Source of the DNA: Fidelibacterota bacterium
Lineage (GTDB): Bacteria > Fidelibacterota > UBA8477 > JABMPR01
DNA: 64,000 nucleotides
NCBI GenBank assembly: GCA_021734325.1
Contig: JAIPJF010000008.1
Coordinates: 4,136 to 68,135 of the forward strand
Direction: 5' to 3'
How positions within the stretch are numbered: position 1 is the first letter of the stretch; each line of letters opens with the position of its first letter. The position numbers were made by a program, and so were the translations under genes. Shown here in pieces: positions 10,118 to 19,690 of this stretch. Below the pieces are notes generated by a model. It was not told where the DNA came from. It searched no databases and worked only from the letters and a program-made list of their open reading frames with translations.

Positions 10118-11130
10118 GCAGCACCTCCTTCAACCCCAAGCTTGGCATAAGCCAGTGCTAGATCTACCAATCGACCTGCCTGTCCAAGACTGTTATCATA
10201 CCAGCTGAGCGTTTTGATCATGCGCTTGCTGGATTTCATCGTCCCCTTTGTATCAAAGAGCAGGCTGTGCGGGTTGCCGATGACGTCGCTGGACACGATG
10301 GGATCCTCAGTAATTTCAATATAGTTGGACAAGGATCCAGCAGCTTTCCGCATGGCATCATTAACCTCTTCAACGGTCGCACCACCTTTGTTCAGAACAC
10401 AGGTAAGGTCGAGTAATGATCCCATGGGAACAGGAACATTTAAAGCTGAACCTTCAATTTTGCCCTTAAAACGTGGCAGTATGTGCTCAATCCAGTAGGG
10501 GCTGATATTGACATTCGGGATGATATTTTCTGCGGCAGAGCGACTACGACGGAAATCTGCGGCAGCGGTATCACGAAGGGGTTGATCACTTGTATAGGCA
10601 TGGATGGTCGTCATCATTGCATATTCAACACCAAAAGCCTTATCCAAGATATCCACCATCAGGGCCAGGGCATTCGTTGTTGCAGAGGCAGCGGATATCA
10701 ATTTATCACTGGCCTGGATGGTATCGTCATTAACGCCCATCACAATTACCCGGTCAATATCATCCAGGGGGAGTGAACCCAGAATCACTCTTTTTGCACC
10801 GGAATCCAGATGAGCCTGCATGGCCTCATGTGTCCGATATTTGTGGGTTGAATCGATCACAATATCCACATTAAATGCATCCCAGGGAACATCCTTTGGT
10901 TCTACGCCGTGAATGATACGTGCTTTATGCCCATCTACGACCAGATTGTTGCCCACTAAAGCGGCATTAACGGGATTTCTACCGTCTGTTTTCATCAGGT
11001 AGTGCAAAATATCTGCACGACCGATGTCACTAATTGCAACGACTTCCATTTCAGGCTGGGTTAGACTCAAGCGGTAGACATCCCTACCAATTTCGCCAAA
11101 GCCCATGAGCCCGACTCTTAACTTACTCAT
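10114..11130 (-). CDS. GAPDH-fold paralog lacking the catalytic cysteines (predicted non-catalytic or divergent)
   Basis: It is colinear with gap (GFGEIGR, TIHAYTSDQ, RRSRSAAENIIP, WYDNSLG). The active-site segment reads SAASATTNALA, and the TTGAA segment is replaced by NVNIS. The ATG at 11130 has a GGAGG 8 nt upstream. Its TGA overlaps the gap ATG (ATGA). Confidence 0.85.
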   Translation of the reverse strand: MSKLRVGLMGFGEIGRDVYRLSLTQPEMEVVAISDIGRADILHYLMKTDGRNPVNAALVGNNLVVDGHKARIIHGVEPKDVPWDAFNVDIVIDSTHKYRTHEAMQAHLDSGAKRVILGSLPLDDIDRVIVMGVNDDTIQASDKLISAASATTNALALMVDILDKAFGVEYAMMTTIHAYTSDQPLRDTAAADFRRSRSAAENIIPNVNISPYWIEHILPRFKGKIEGSALNVPVPMGSLLDLTCVLNKGGATVEEVNDAMRKAAGSLSNYIEITEDPIVSSDVIGNPHSLLFDTKGTMKSSKRMIKTLSWYDNSLGQAGRLVDLALAYAKLGVEGGAA

Positions 11131-11201
11131 AAAATGCGCCTCCATGCTGATCCCACATCAGGTGGGAAAGCTTATTAAGGTTTAAATTGTTATTCACGAT
11201 T

Positions 11202-12035
11202 TCAGTCCTTAGATGTATAAATAATAGGTTCATGATCCTCGTGGAGCAGGTCATCCAGATCACGGATCTCCCCCTCCAGCATGCGGGCAATCACTTCACC
11301 CATATCAATATTGTATCTCTGCCCAAATAATGTGAGATCCAGGATGATGTAGTTCAAGGCAATCGAAACAATTGCTGTATTCTTTGTCCATGCGACCTTA
11401 TTACTCGGTAACATTTCAACTCCACCAAGGAGGGCAGAATCACGATCGGCTACCAATAGAATCTTGCTGCTCCAAACATTTTTCAAGCGTTTGCTATCAA
11501 GATTGTATGAAAAGATCGTCCCAACATCAGCCGGTATCTCACAAAAGGAAAAGATGACGATGTTTACACCGCGTTTTTCTGCCTCTTTCAGATCAGCATG
11601 TAATTTCTCAAGCTCTGTCCGCCAAATGGAAAGATAAACCGAACTCTCAGCACCCCGGATCATGGTCTTTGCTCTTTCGATCATGGTATCATAGCCACGA
11701 ATATTCCAGAGGTCGCCGACTTCAAGGTCAGCATTGACGTTTTGGAGGGATGCCTTTAAGGCATCCAGATTGGCGCTGAAATTGTTTTCAAGCATCTCAA
11801 AAAAATTGTCTGGTGGTAAAGGAATATAACGTGTAGGGTTGGTATCGACACAGCTTACCATGCCAGTGTTTTCCAAACGCTTCAGTATCTCATATATGGC
11901 TGATCGCGGGATGCCTGACTTGCCACTCACTTCATAACCTGTGGCAGGATTATTTTGCAACAAACTCAGGTATGCTTTGGCCTCGTTGGAAGTGAATCCG
12001 AAGGATTTGAGGGCAGGAAGTAGCTTTTCATTCAT
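11202..12035 (-). CDS. TrmB-family sugar-responsive transcriptional regulator
   Basis: The N-terminal winged HTH FGFTSNEAKAYLSLLQNNPATGYEVSGKSGIPRSAIYEILKRLENTGMV is typical of TrmB. A C-terminal effector-like domain is also present. Confidence 0.75.
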   Translation of the reverse strand: MNEKLLPALKSFGFTSNEAKAYLSLLQNNPATGYEVSGKSGIPRSAIYEILKRLENTGMVSCVDTNPTRYIPLPPDNFFEMLENNFSANLDALKASLQNVNADLEVGDLWNIRGYDTMIERAKTMIRGAESSVYLSIWRTELEKLHADLKEAEKRGVNIVIFSFCEIPADVGTIFSYNLDSKRLKNVWSSKILLVADRDSALLGGVEMLPSNKVAWTKNTAIVSIALNYIILDLTLFGQRYNIDMGEVIARMLEGEIRDLDDLLHEDHEPIIYTSKD

Positions 12036-12184
12036 AAGCGTGTCTCACTTCTTAGTTACGCCTAATATATACTTCTCCAAGGGTCTGCATAGTATTTTTT
12101 GGAAGCCCGAAAAAATATTTCCATAACACCAAAAACAAACCCTTTTCCTTTCATCATGGAATCGTCTGCAATACATTGCCAGCC

Positions 12185-14455
12185 ATGAAAAAACTCATCT
12201 ATTTCGTTACTGAATATCCAAAAACTGTCATCATTCTTAATCTCCTTCTGATCACTATTCTCGCACAACCCATCTATCGGATTCACATTAATCCTGATCT
12301 TCGGGCACTGATCCCTTCAGATGATCCCGAATTGATCCGAACCGAGGAATTGGAGGAAGAATTTGGTGGATTAGACATCATTTTACTCACTTATCATAGC
12401 GAGAATGTCTTTGCAATCAAATCACTCCAACTGATAGATGAACTCAGTACTGCCGTGGAAAACATCCCACAAATTGACCACCTGATCAGCCTCACCAATT
12501 ACGAATCGATCTCAAGCGAAGATGAGACAATGGTTGTGGATACGTTTATCAGGAATTTCCCGAAAAACAAGCATGAGTCTGACTCCCTTGCCAGGGCAGC
12601 CACAGATGACCCTATGATCGGGCGACTGCTCGTATCTGACGATCATAGCTATACAGCGCTGCTCATATTCACGGATACTGACGCTGATGAAGTTGCCACA
12701 GTAGAAGCTCTCAGAAAGGTCCTCGAACCTTTCAAGGCTGCCGGACATGATCTGCAATTAGGGGGCATGCCAGTCATTCGGACCCATATCAGCGAGGATA
12801 TCGGGAAGGATACACGCACCTTTATCCCTGCCGGCATGCTGTTAATTGCCTTTCTTCTGTATTTTAGTTTCCGATCACGAAGGGGTACTCTGCTGCCATT
12901 GATCGTTGTCGTGCTTTCCATCCTCGGTACATTGGGGCTGATGGCCTGGTTGGGATTGATGTTGTCAGTTATCTCAAGTATTATGCCCATAATGCTGATC
13001 GCCGTTGCCAGTGCCTATGGCATTCATATCATCACCCGCTATTTTGAGGATTGCTCCACCATGGAAGACACAGCGGGCAGTAAGGAAATTGTTGCCAGCG
13101 TTATCGAGCATATGCTGCGGCCTGTTTTTCTGGCGGCGTTGACGACTGTTATCGGATTTTTATCGCTGCTCTCGCATATCCTTCCCGCTTCACGTGAAGT
13201 TGGCGTTCTAACTGCTTTTGGAGTGGTGCTCGCTTTTGGATTGTCCATCACATTTATTCCTGCGGTTCTGGTCCTGTTCGATAAACCGAGCAAAGAGAGA
13301 CAGAGCAAGAACCTCACGAGCAGACTGCTCTCCAGGATATTGGCAGCCCTTGGGAATTTTGTGTACAGCAGAAAAAAAACAGTCATGGCTGGATTTGCCA
13401 TTCTTATGCTTGTTTCTGTAATGGGAATTCCTTCAGTGGTACTGGACAGCAACCCCCTCAACTATTATGGTCCTGAGTCCAGTGTTCGATTGGTTAATAC
13501 GATTATTGATGAAAATTTTGGCGGCAGTACCACAATGTCTGTTGTTGTGGAAGGGGATATCAAATCTCCTGATATCCTCAAGCAAATTGATCGTATTCAA
13601 TCCTACCTGAATGGAATTGATGGCGTTGGCTATACTTTAGCCATTACAGATTTCATCAAACTCATGAACCAGTCGATGCATGAGGGAGACCCGACCTATT
13701 ATAGAATTCCTGACTCCAGAGCGCTTGTCTCCCAGTATCTATTACTCTACTCCTGGGAATCAAGTGATGGATATCTGGATTCCTATGTTGATTATGATTA
13801 CAGACAGGCACAACTCGTGGTTCGCATGAATACCATGGATGTATACAGGATGGTTGATATCCAGAATGAGCTTAATCGGTTTTTAAATGACAATATCGTT
13901 GTGGACAATCATCCAAAAAGTGAAGGCTACGCCGTCCTCCTTGGAAACCTTATGCCCATGATGGTAAAAGGACAGATCAGAAGTTTGATCCTATCTGTGG
14001 TTTTAGCCGCTTTCGTCACCGGCCTGGTATTTAGATCTGTTGCCGCTGCCTTTATCAGTGCCCTCCCATTAGCATTTGCAATTGCAGGTGTTTTTGGTCT
14101 CATGGGTTATTGGAATATTTATTTGAATACGGCTACCTCCATGCTGAGTTCAATTATGATCGGGATAGGAATTGATTATACCATACACTTCCTGTTTCGA
14201 TTCAGAACCGAGATCCGTAAGGGATTGAGTGACCAAGAGGCAATTGTCACATCTCTCAGCACGACCGGCCAGGGAATTATCATTAATGGTTTTTCTGTAA
14301 TGATGGGTTTTGCTGTCTGTATGCTCTCTACCTTCATACCCATTTACTTTTTTGGTTGGTTGATTGCTGTATCGATATTTATGTGTTTGATCGCTGCTTT
14401 GACATTACTCCCCGTCATCATTATTCTCACGCGTCCTAAATTCATTTACAGTTGA
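12185..14455 (+). CDS. MMPL/RND-superfamily exporter (COG1033-like)
   Basis: It has about 12 predicted TM segments in two 6-TM bundles, each preceded by a large soluble loop. The size and layout are typical of the MMPL family. The ATG at 12185 (MKKLIYF) is preferred over the TTG at 12176. Confidence 0.7.
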   Translation: MKKLIYFVTEYPKTVIILNLLLITILAQPIYRIHINPDLRALIPSDDPELIRTEELEEEFGGLDIILLTYHSENVFAIKSLQLIDELSTAVENIPQIDHLISLTNYESISSEDETMVVDTFIRNFPKNKHESDSLARAATDDPMIGRLLVSDDHSYTALLIFTDTDADEVATVEALRKVLEPFKAAGHDLQLGGMPVIRTHISEDIGKDTRTFIPAGMLLIAFLLYFSFRSRRGTLLPLIVVVLSILGTLGLMAWLGLMLSVISSIMPIMLIAVASAYGIHIITRYFEDCSTMEDTAGSKEIVASVIEHMLRPVFLAALTTVIGFLSLLSHILPASREVGVLTAFGVVLAFGLSITFIPAVLVLFDKPSKERQSKNLTSRLLSRILAALGNFVYSRKKTVMAGFAILMLVSVMGIPSVVLDSNPLNYYGPESSVRLVNTIIDENFGGSTTMSVVVEGDIKSPDILKQIDRIQSYLNGIDGVGYTLAITDFIKLMNQSMHEGDPTYYRIPDSRALVSQYLLLYSWESSDGYLDSYVDYDYRQAQLVVRMNTMDVYRMVDIQNELNRFLNDNIVVDNHPKSEGYAVLLGNLMPMMVKGQIRSLILSVVLAAFVTGLVFRSVAAAFISALPLAFAIAGVFGLMGYWNIYLNTATSMLSSIMIGIGIDYTIHFLFRFRTEIRKGLSDQEAIVTSLSTTGQGIIINGFSVMMGFAVCMLSTFIPIYFFGWLIAVSIFMCLIAALTLLPVIIILTRPKFIYS

Positions 14456-14510
14456 TTGGAGCAAAACATTTCTCTTGACAGGAATATAAATTTCGCTACA
14501 TTGGAAACGT

Positions 14511-15140
14511 ATGACACTAAAAACGTTTCCATCGGACCCCATTGCAAACTCACCTGAAAGCTCAATTCTGGAGCATGGACTGGATGTCATTTTTCGCGAA
14601 GGCGTAAAAGGATTTACGGTTGAAGCACTTGCCAGTGATCTGGCAATGAGTAAAAAAACGATCTATAAGTTCTTCCCCAGTAAAGAAGTTCTACTACAGA
14701 GCATCTTTAAGTATATCACCAACATAATTGAACGAAAATTCCAATCGATCCTGAAAATGGAGATCAACCCCCTGGACAAATTTGAAACAGCGGTTTCCGA
14801 GATCGTAAAAACACTCAACAGAGTTTCCATATCCAAGATAAGTGAGTTGAAAGCCAGGTATCCCCATATCTGGAGGGAAATAGAACAGTTCAGACTTGCC
14901 CGCCGTGACGATTTTCTGACCATTTTTATTGAAGCTCAGGATGCGGGATATATCCGCAAGGAACTGGACCTGGAGCTCACCTCCATACTCTTCATGAATG
15001 TTATTAATGAAGTTTTTCAGCCAGAGTTCTTTTTAAGAAACCAGATCGGAATAAAAGAAGTCCTGCTCCTTTTCAGGAGCATATTTTTGAGGGGGATCGT
15101 AACCAGCAAGGGGTTAAAATACATAGAGGATAAATTATGA
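14511..15140 (+). CDS. TetR/AcrR-family transcriptional regulator
   Basis: The N-terminal HTH reads FTVEALASDLAMSKKTIYKFFPSKEVLL. The stop overlaps the next MMPL start (ATGA). Confidence 0.8.
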   Translation: MTLKTFPSDPIANSPESSILEHGLDVIFREGVKGFTVEALASDLAMSKKTIYKFFPSKEVLLQSIFKYITNIIERKFQSILKMEINPLDKFETAVSEIVKTLNRVSISKISELKARYPHIWREIEQFRLARRDDFLTIFIEAQDAGYIRKELDLELTSILFMNVINEVFQPEFFLRNQIGIKEVLLLFRSIFLRGIVTSKGLKYIEDKL

Positions 15141-17440
15141 AACAGTGGTTTATTGATCAATCCGTTGTACATCCAAAACGTAGCATTATCCTGTCCATTC
15201 TCCTGACGATTCTCATGGGGACCGGGATAAAGTACTTCGTCGTCGAAGATGACTTCATGAAACTGCTCCCCCAGGATGTACAATCAATGATTACCTGGAA
15301 CAATCTCCGTGATGAATTTGGCAGTACGGACCTCATGTTCGTGGCTTTTGGCCATTCAGGTGGAGATGCCCTTAATCCCGAATCCCTGGCTACACTCTGG
15401 GACGTTACTCAGGCCATGGCCGAGGTAGAAGATGTAGACGAGGTTATCAGCCTCGCCAACATGGATCGCATGGATGGCGACGAAGGTTTTCTGGAAGTTA
15501 GTTCCTTGCAGCCCGCCAGGGAGGTATCCGATTCAGAAATCAGTTCAATTCGGGACTATCTGGACGATAACTCCAAGATTCGAGCTCGATCCCTGAGCCG
15601 CAATGGTGATTATTTCAATATCATGATAAGACCCGTCGTCAATGGCCGGAATGACGTGATTGTACAGGGACTTCAAAAAGTTGCCGCAGAAAACCTGATC
15701 AGCTACGATGTTCATTGGGGGGGACAAAGTTATCTGACAGGATCACTACCCCTCATGATCCGAACCGATGTCATGGCTCTGATGCGGGTAGGATTAATTG
15801 GTATGTTGCTGATCCTCCTGCTCAGTTTTAGAAATATCCCCGCTGTTGGGATTGTACTGGTCACCATTCTCCTCTCTCTGGTCTTTATGGTCGGTTTCCA
15901 TGGCTGGATGTACCATCTCACTGGGTCGGATGCCTTTCTTTTCAGCATCCTGAACACGTCCATGCCCATCATCCTGCTCACCATTGCCAATTCCTATGGT
16001 GTGCATATCATAACGAAATTTTTTCGTAAAATGCGTCTCACCCAGGATGTTAAAGGGTCTGTAGCAGCGAGTCTTGACTCTCTTATCCTACCCGTCTTTC
16101 TGGCAGCCCTGACCACCATCGCGGCATTCCTGAGTATGATATTTGCCCCACTGGAATCGCTTCTGGGGTATGGAATATCGATTTCTGTTGGTATTGTGTG
16201 GGCCTGGCTATTGACAACGATCTTTTTACCATCTTTGCTGGTCGTAAAAAAATGGAAGCCCGATTCAGTCGCCGTGTCAAAAGCCAGTGGATTCGAAAGC
16301 TTTGTCGTTGCATTTGGTGATCAGGTCATCAAACGACCCAAGATGATTCTGGGTGCAGCAATTGTTGTCGTTCTAATTGGTGCGTATGGGATCTTTCAAT
16401 TGAACATTGAAGTGAACATGAAGCATTTTTTCAAACCGGAAAATCCCATTCGCCAGAGTCTGGAATTTATGGACGATGAAATGACGGGCACAATGGACCT
16501 CCAATTATTAATAAATGCCGACCTGAAATCACCTGAAGTTCTCAATAAGATCGAATCCATTCAGACATTCATGGAGTCTCATCCATCAGTTACGCTATCA
16601 ATTTCAATTGCAGATGTGATCAAATTGATGCATCGCATGATAAATGACAATGATCCGGCATTTGAGACCATTCCCGATACAAGGGAAAAGGTGAACAACC
16701 TCTTTACCCTCTATTCCATGTCAGGAGATCCTGATGATTTCAGTTCTCTGGTTGATTACGACTATCGAAAAGGATTGGCCACATCCATGATGCGGGCCAT
16801 ATCTACCAGGGAGATCGTTCAACTCGTGGATGAAATTGAAGTCTTTCTGTCACAGAATGATTACGAGGATCTTGATATAACCATCACCGGTATGCTTGTG
16901 GTTTTTCGCGATCTTGTATCCCTGATCCTAAAAAGTTCCTTTATCAGCATTTTTGCCTCCATCATCGTGATCGCCCTCATTGCGGCCTATTTCTTTAAAC
17001 ACTGGATATGGGGGGCGATGGCGATTATTCCACTCAGTTCTGCCGTTATCTTGAATTTCGGTCTGATGGGAATTTTTGGAATCGATCTCAATCATGTCAC
17101 AGCACTTCTATCTGCCATCATCATTGGTGTGGGGGTCGATTTTGCCATCCACTATATCAGTCAGTTCCGTGTACACCTGAGGCGCGAGGGTTTGACTCCC
17201 AGTATCAGCCATGCTACCATGCAGGACGTGGGGTATCCGGTTATGCTCGATGCCGCCTCAAATATGGCCTTTGGATCCCTGCTCTTTTCAGAGTTCATCC
17301 CCATGATACACATGGGTGGACTCATGATCTTTGCCATGATCTCAACTTCTGTTGGGACACTCACCTTGTTGGCTGTATCACTGGAACTTTCAAAACATTA
17401 TCTGGCCAAGGTGGAAGCGGTCAAGATTATAGAAGATTAA
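15137..17440 (+). CDS. MMPL/RND-superfamily exporter (second paralog)
   Basis: It has the same two-module topology as 12185..14455, with conserved-looking segments (NSYGVHIITKFF versus SAYGIHIITRYF). Confidence 0.7.
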   Translation: MKQWFIDQSVVHPKRSIILSILLTILMGTGIKYFVVEDDFMKLLPQDVQSMITWNNLRDEFGSTDLMFVAFGHSGGDALNPESLATLWDVTQAMAEVEDVDEVISLANMDRMDGDEGFLEVSSLQPAREVSDSEISSIRDYLDDNSKIRARSLSRNGDYFNIMIRPVVNGRNDVIVQGLQKVAAENLISYDVHWGGQSYLTGSLPLMIRTDVMALMRVGLIGMLLILLLSFRNIPAVGIVLVTILLSLVFMVGFHGWMYHLTGSDAFLFSILNTSMPIILLTIANSYGVHIITKFFRKMRLTQDVKGSVAASLDSLILPVFLAALTTIAAFLSMIFAPLESLLGYGISISVGIVWAWLLTTIFLPSLLVVKKWKPDSVAVSKASGFESFVVAFGDQVIKRPKMILGAAIVVVLIGAYGIFQLNIEVNMKHFFKPENPIRQSLEFMDDEMTGTMDLQLLINADLKSPEVLNKIESIQTFMESHPSVTLSISIADVIKLMHRMINDNDPAFETIPDTREKVNNLFTLYSMSGDPDDFSSLVDYDYRKGLATSMMRAISTREIVQLVDEIEVFLSQNDYEDLDITITGMLVVFRDLVSLILKSSFISIFASIIVIALIAAYFFKHWIWGAMAIIPLSSAVILNFGLMGIFGIDLNHVTALLSAIIIGVGVDFAIHYISQFRVHLRREGLTPSISHATMQDVGYPVMLDAASNMAFGSLLFSEFIPMIHMGGLMIFAMISTSVGTLTLLAVSLELSKHYLAKVEAVKIIED

Positions 17441-17450
17441 ACTATAAAAA

Positions 17451-18230
17451 ATGAGGCAACACAACATGAAACATCCTATTCGACAATTAACCGTTTTCAC
17501 TCTGCTCCTGGTTCCTTTCCTGCTCACGGCCCAGACTGGATATGAAATCGCCAAGGCCATGGATGAAACGCTCTCGCCAAAGGACATGAAGGCAGAAATG
17601 ACGATGGTTCTGACCAACAAGCAGGGAAAGACCAGAGAATCGACGATCCGTTCAATTTCTGCCAACGATAACCGAGAACAAATCATCTGGTTCCTATCGC
17701 CGGCAGATGACAAGGGCGTCGCATTTTTGAAGATCGAGCACCAGGATCAGGATGACGAAATGCGCTTATGGTTACCTGCATTCAATAAGGTCAGACGCAT
17801 CTCATCCAAAAAGAAGGCTGATTCATTCATGGGCTCAGATCTCAGCTATGAGGACATGACTTCCAGGGAACTGGATGAATACACATATGAACTCAAGGGA
17901 GAGCAAGAGATTGACGGGATTCCCTGTTATATCCTTGAGAGTACGCCTAAGGAAGGGATTACAAGAACTTATAAAAGATTTGTGACCTATGTCAGCAAGG
18001 CCGATCTGGTAGCCATAATTGATGAAGCCTATGACATGCGGGATGAGTTATTAAAACGCAGGGTCATGAAATATGAAAAGCAGAAGAGCTATAATCTGCC
18101 AGTTGAGATATATGTTGAGAATGTTCAGAAGAACACGAATACACGGCTCACCTTCAGCAAGCAGGAAGTCGATACGGGGGTTGAACCTGATCTATTCCAG
18201 GAGAAAAACCTGAAACGTATTCCTCAATAG
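17451..18230 (+). CDS. LolA-like outer-membrane lipoprotein-sorting family protein
   Basis: It has a signal peptide (LTVFTLLLVPFLLTAQ). The size, and segments such as MRLWLPAFNKVRRISS and SFMGSDLSYEDM, resemble LolA_like partners of COG1033 exporters. Confidence 0.55.
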   Translation: MRQHNMKHPIRQLTVFTLLLVPFLLTAQTGYEIAKAMDETLSPKDMKAEMTMVLTNKQGKTRESTIRSISANDNREQIIWFLSPADDKGVAFLKIEHQDQDDEMRLWLPAFNKVRRISSKKKADSFMGSDLSYEDMTSRELDEYTYELKGEQEIDGIPCYILESTPKEGITRTYKRFVTYVSKADLVAIIDEAYDMRDELLKRRVMKYEKQKSYNLPVEIYVENVQKNTNTRLTFSKQEVDTGVEPDLFQEKNLKRIPQ

Positions 18231-18232
18231 AT

Positions 18233-19609
18233 ATGAAGGATTTGCTAATGAGAATTCACCCTTCAAGATTGGCGCTATTAGTCCTGCTTCCCTTCACGCT
18301 TCTGGGGCAACTCAACATCTCAGGTGAAGTTTCACCAAGCGCAATGATTCGTATCAGTGATGGCAGCATCATTGATCTGCCTTTTCGCCCATTCAGCCTG
18401 TCTGTTGATTATGCTCTCGGTGACTTTGAACTTAAAACGACCACTGCGATTGAAACACGGTGGAAGGATCCAGAGTTTTCATCAGATATGATTCAGTTCC
18501 GAGAAGCCTATCTTGAGTGGTACCCCTCTTTTGGTGAAGTAAAACTCGGCAAAATGATTCATGCCTGGGGAGCTGCTGATGCCAATAACCCCACGGATAA
18601 TCTTTCACCTTATGATTACTACTATATGTTTCTTACAGGGACTGATAGAAAGATCGGGACCCTGAGTATGTCAGGCAAAGCATATTTAGGTGACGCTCAA
18701 TTGGAGCTCATAGCCATCCCGGAGTTTGAATCAAATCGCTTCCCCCTGAATGAACCAGACTTTCCCATTAACATTCCCATTCCGGATGGAGCTCAATATT
18801 TTTATCCAGAGAATGAGTTTGAATTTGGTGCACGTTTGCGGTACGCCATGGGTCTGGGCGACATATCGGCAAGCTATTTCAAGGGAAATGATCGCTCATT
18901 CTCCCCTGCTGGTGTGGAAATTGATCTCTCTCCCACCTTTCAGGGCTTACCCCCAAGTTTTATGAGCCACCTGACCTATCGTTCAACGGATGTCATGGGA
19001 CTTGATGCAGTTCTCTTCCCCGGTGATTGGACCCTGAGAGGTGAATTTGCCTATTTCAGGACGAAGACACCTGACATCGACCATGGAATGTCAAAATTTA
19101 CCTATGATGCCCAATACTTGCAGTCAGTTCTCCAGGTGGAATATTCATTTGCAAATTCAGTTCAGCTCATGGGGCAATTCATCAGCAACAAATATATCGA
19201 CACTGAGTCTGAATTTGTGAAGGACAATAACTTCCTGGCACTGGAGAACATGCTGCAGAACACCAGTGACCCATCTCTGGATCCGCTTCGCACCATGCTG
19301 AGTAGCTTTACCATACCCGAATTTTCAGCCGGAATGGGAACGCCCTTTGCCATGATAGCCGACAAGGTCGTCATGTTGTCCTCAATGGCGACCATCCTTG
19401 ACAACGATCTTGAGATCAGGGGCATGCTCATGGTGAACCTTGATGAAACCGGATACATGCTGAATGCAGGCGGTGAGTACACCATCAAGGAAGGCTTGTC
19501 CTTTGATGCTACTCTGGGCTATTTTATCGGTGGTGATGAGGATGGGAACCGATTTAAGGAATTAGAGGATTTCTCTAATGTGACTTTGACAATGAAATAC
19601 AGCTTTTAA
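18233..19609 (+). CDS. Putative outer-membrane beta-barrel protein (DUF1302-like)
   Basis: It has a signal peptide. The segment REAYLEWYPSFGEVKLGKMIHAWGAADANNPTDNL resembles DUF1302 or porin-like barrels. The alternating pattern and the C-terminal YSF are typical of OMPs. Confidence 0.5.
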   Translation: MKDLLMRIHPSRLALLVLLPFTLLGQLNISGEVSPSAMIRISDGSIIDLPFRPFSLSVDYALGDFELKTTTAIETRWKDPEFSSDMIQFREAYLEWYPSFGEVKLGKMIHAWGAADANNPTDNLSPYDYYYMFLTGTDRKIGTLSMSGKAYLGDAQLELIAIPEFESNRFPLNEPDFPINIPIPDGAQYFYPENEFEFGARLRYAMGLGDISASYFKGNDRSFSPAGVEIDLSPTFQGLPPSFMSHLTYRSTDVMGLDAVLFPGDWTLRGEFAYFRTKTPDIDHGMSKFTYDAQYLQSVLQVEYSFANSVQLMGQFISNKYIDTESEFVKDNNFLALENMLQNTSDPSLDPLRTMLSSFTIPEFSAGMGTPFAMIADKVVMLSSMATILDNDLEIRGMLMVNLDETGYMLNAGGEYTIKEGLSFDATLGYFIGGDEDGNRFKELEDFSNVTLTMKYSF

Positions 19610-19650
19610 CAATATGAGCCATTGACATAAATATTATCTGAAATTATCCG

Positions 19651-19679
19651 GGCGAGGATTTAAATCCTCGCCTGTTTGG
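19651..19679 (+). terminator. Rho-independent terminator after the export cluster
   Basis: The stem GGCGAGGA / TCCTCGCC has a TTTAAA loop and is followed by TGTTTGG, a weak U tail. Confidence 0.5.
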
Positions 19680-19690
19680 CAAACGATTAC

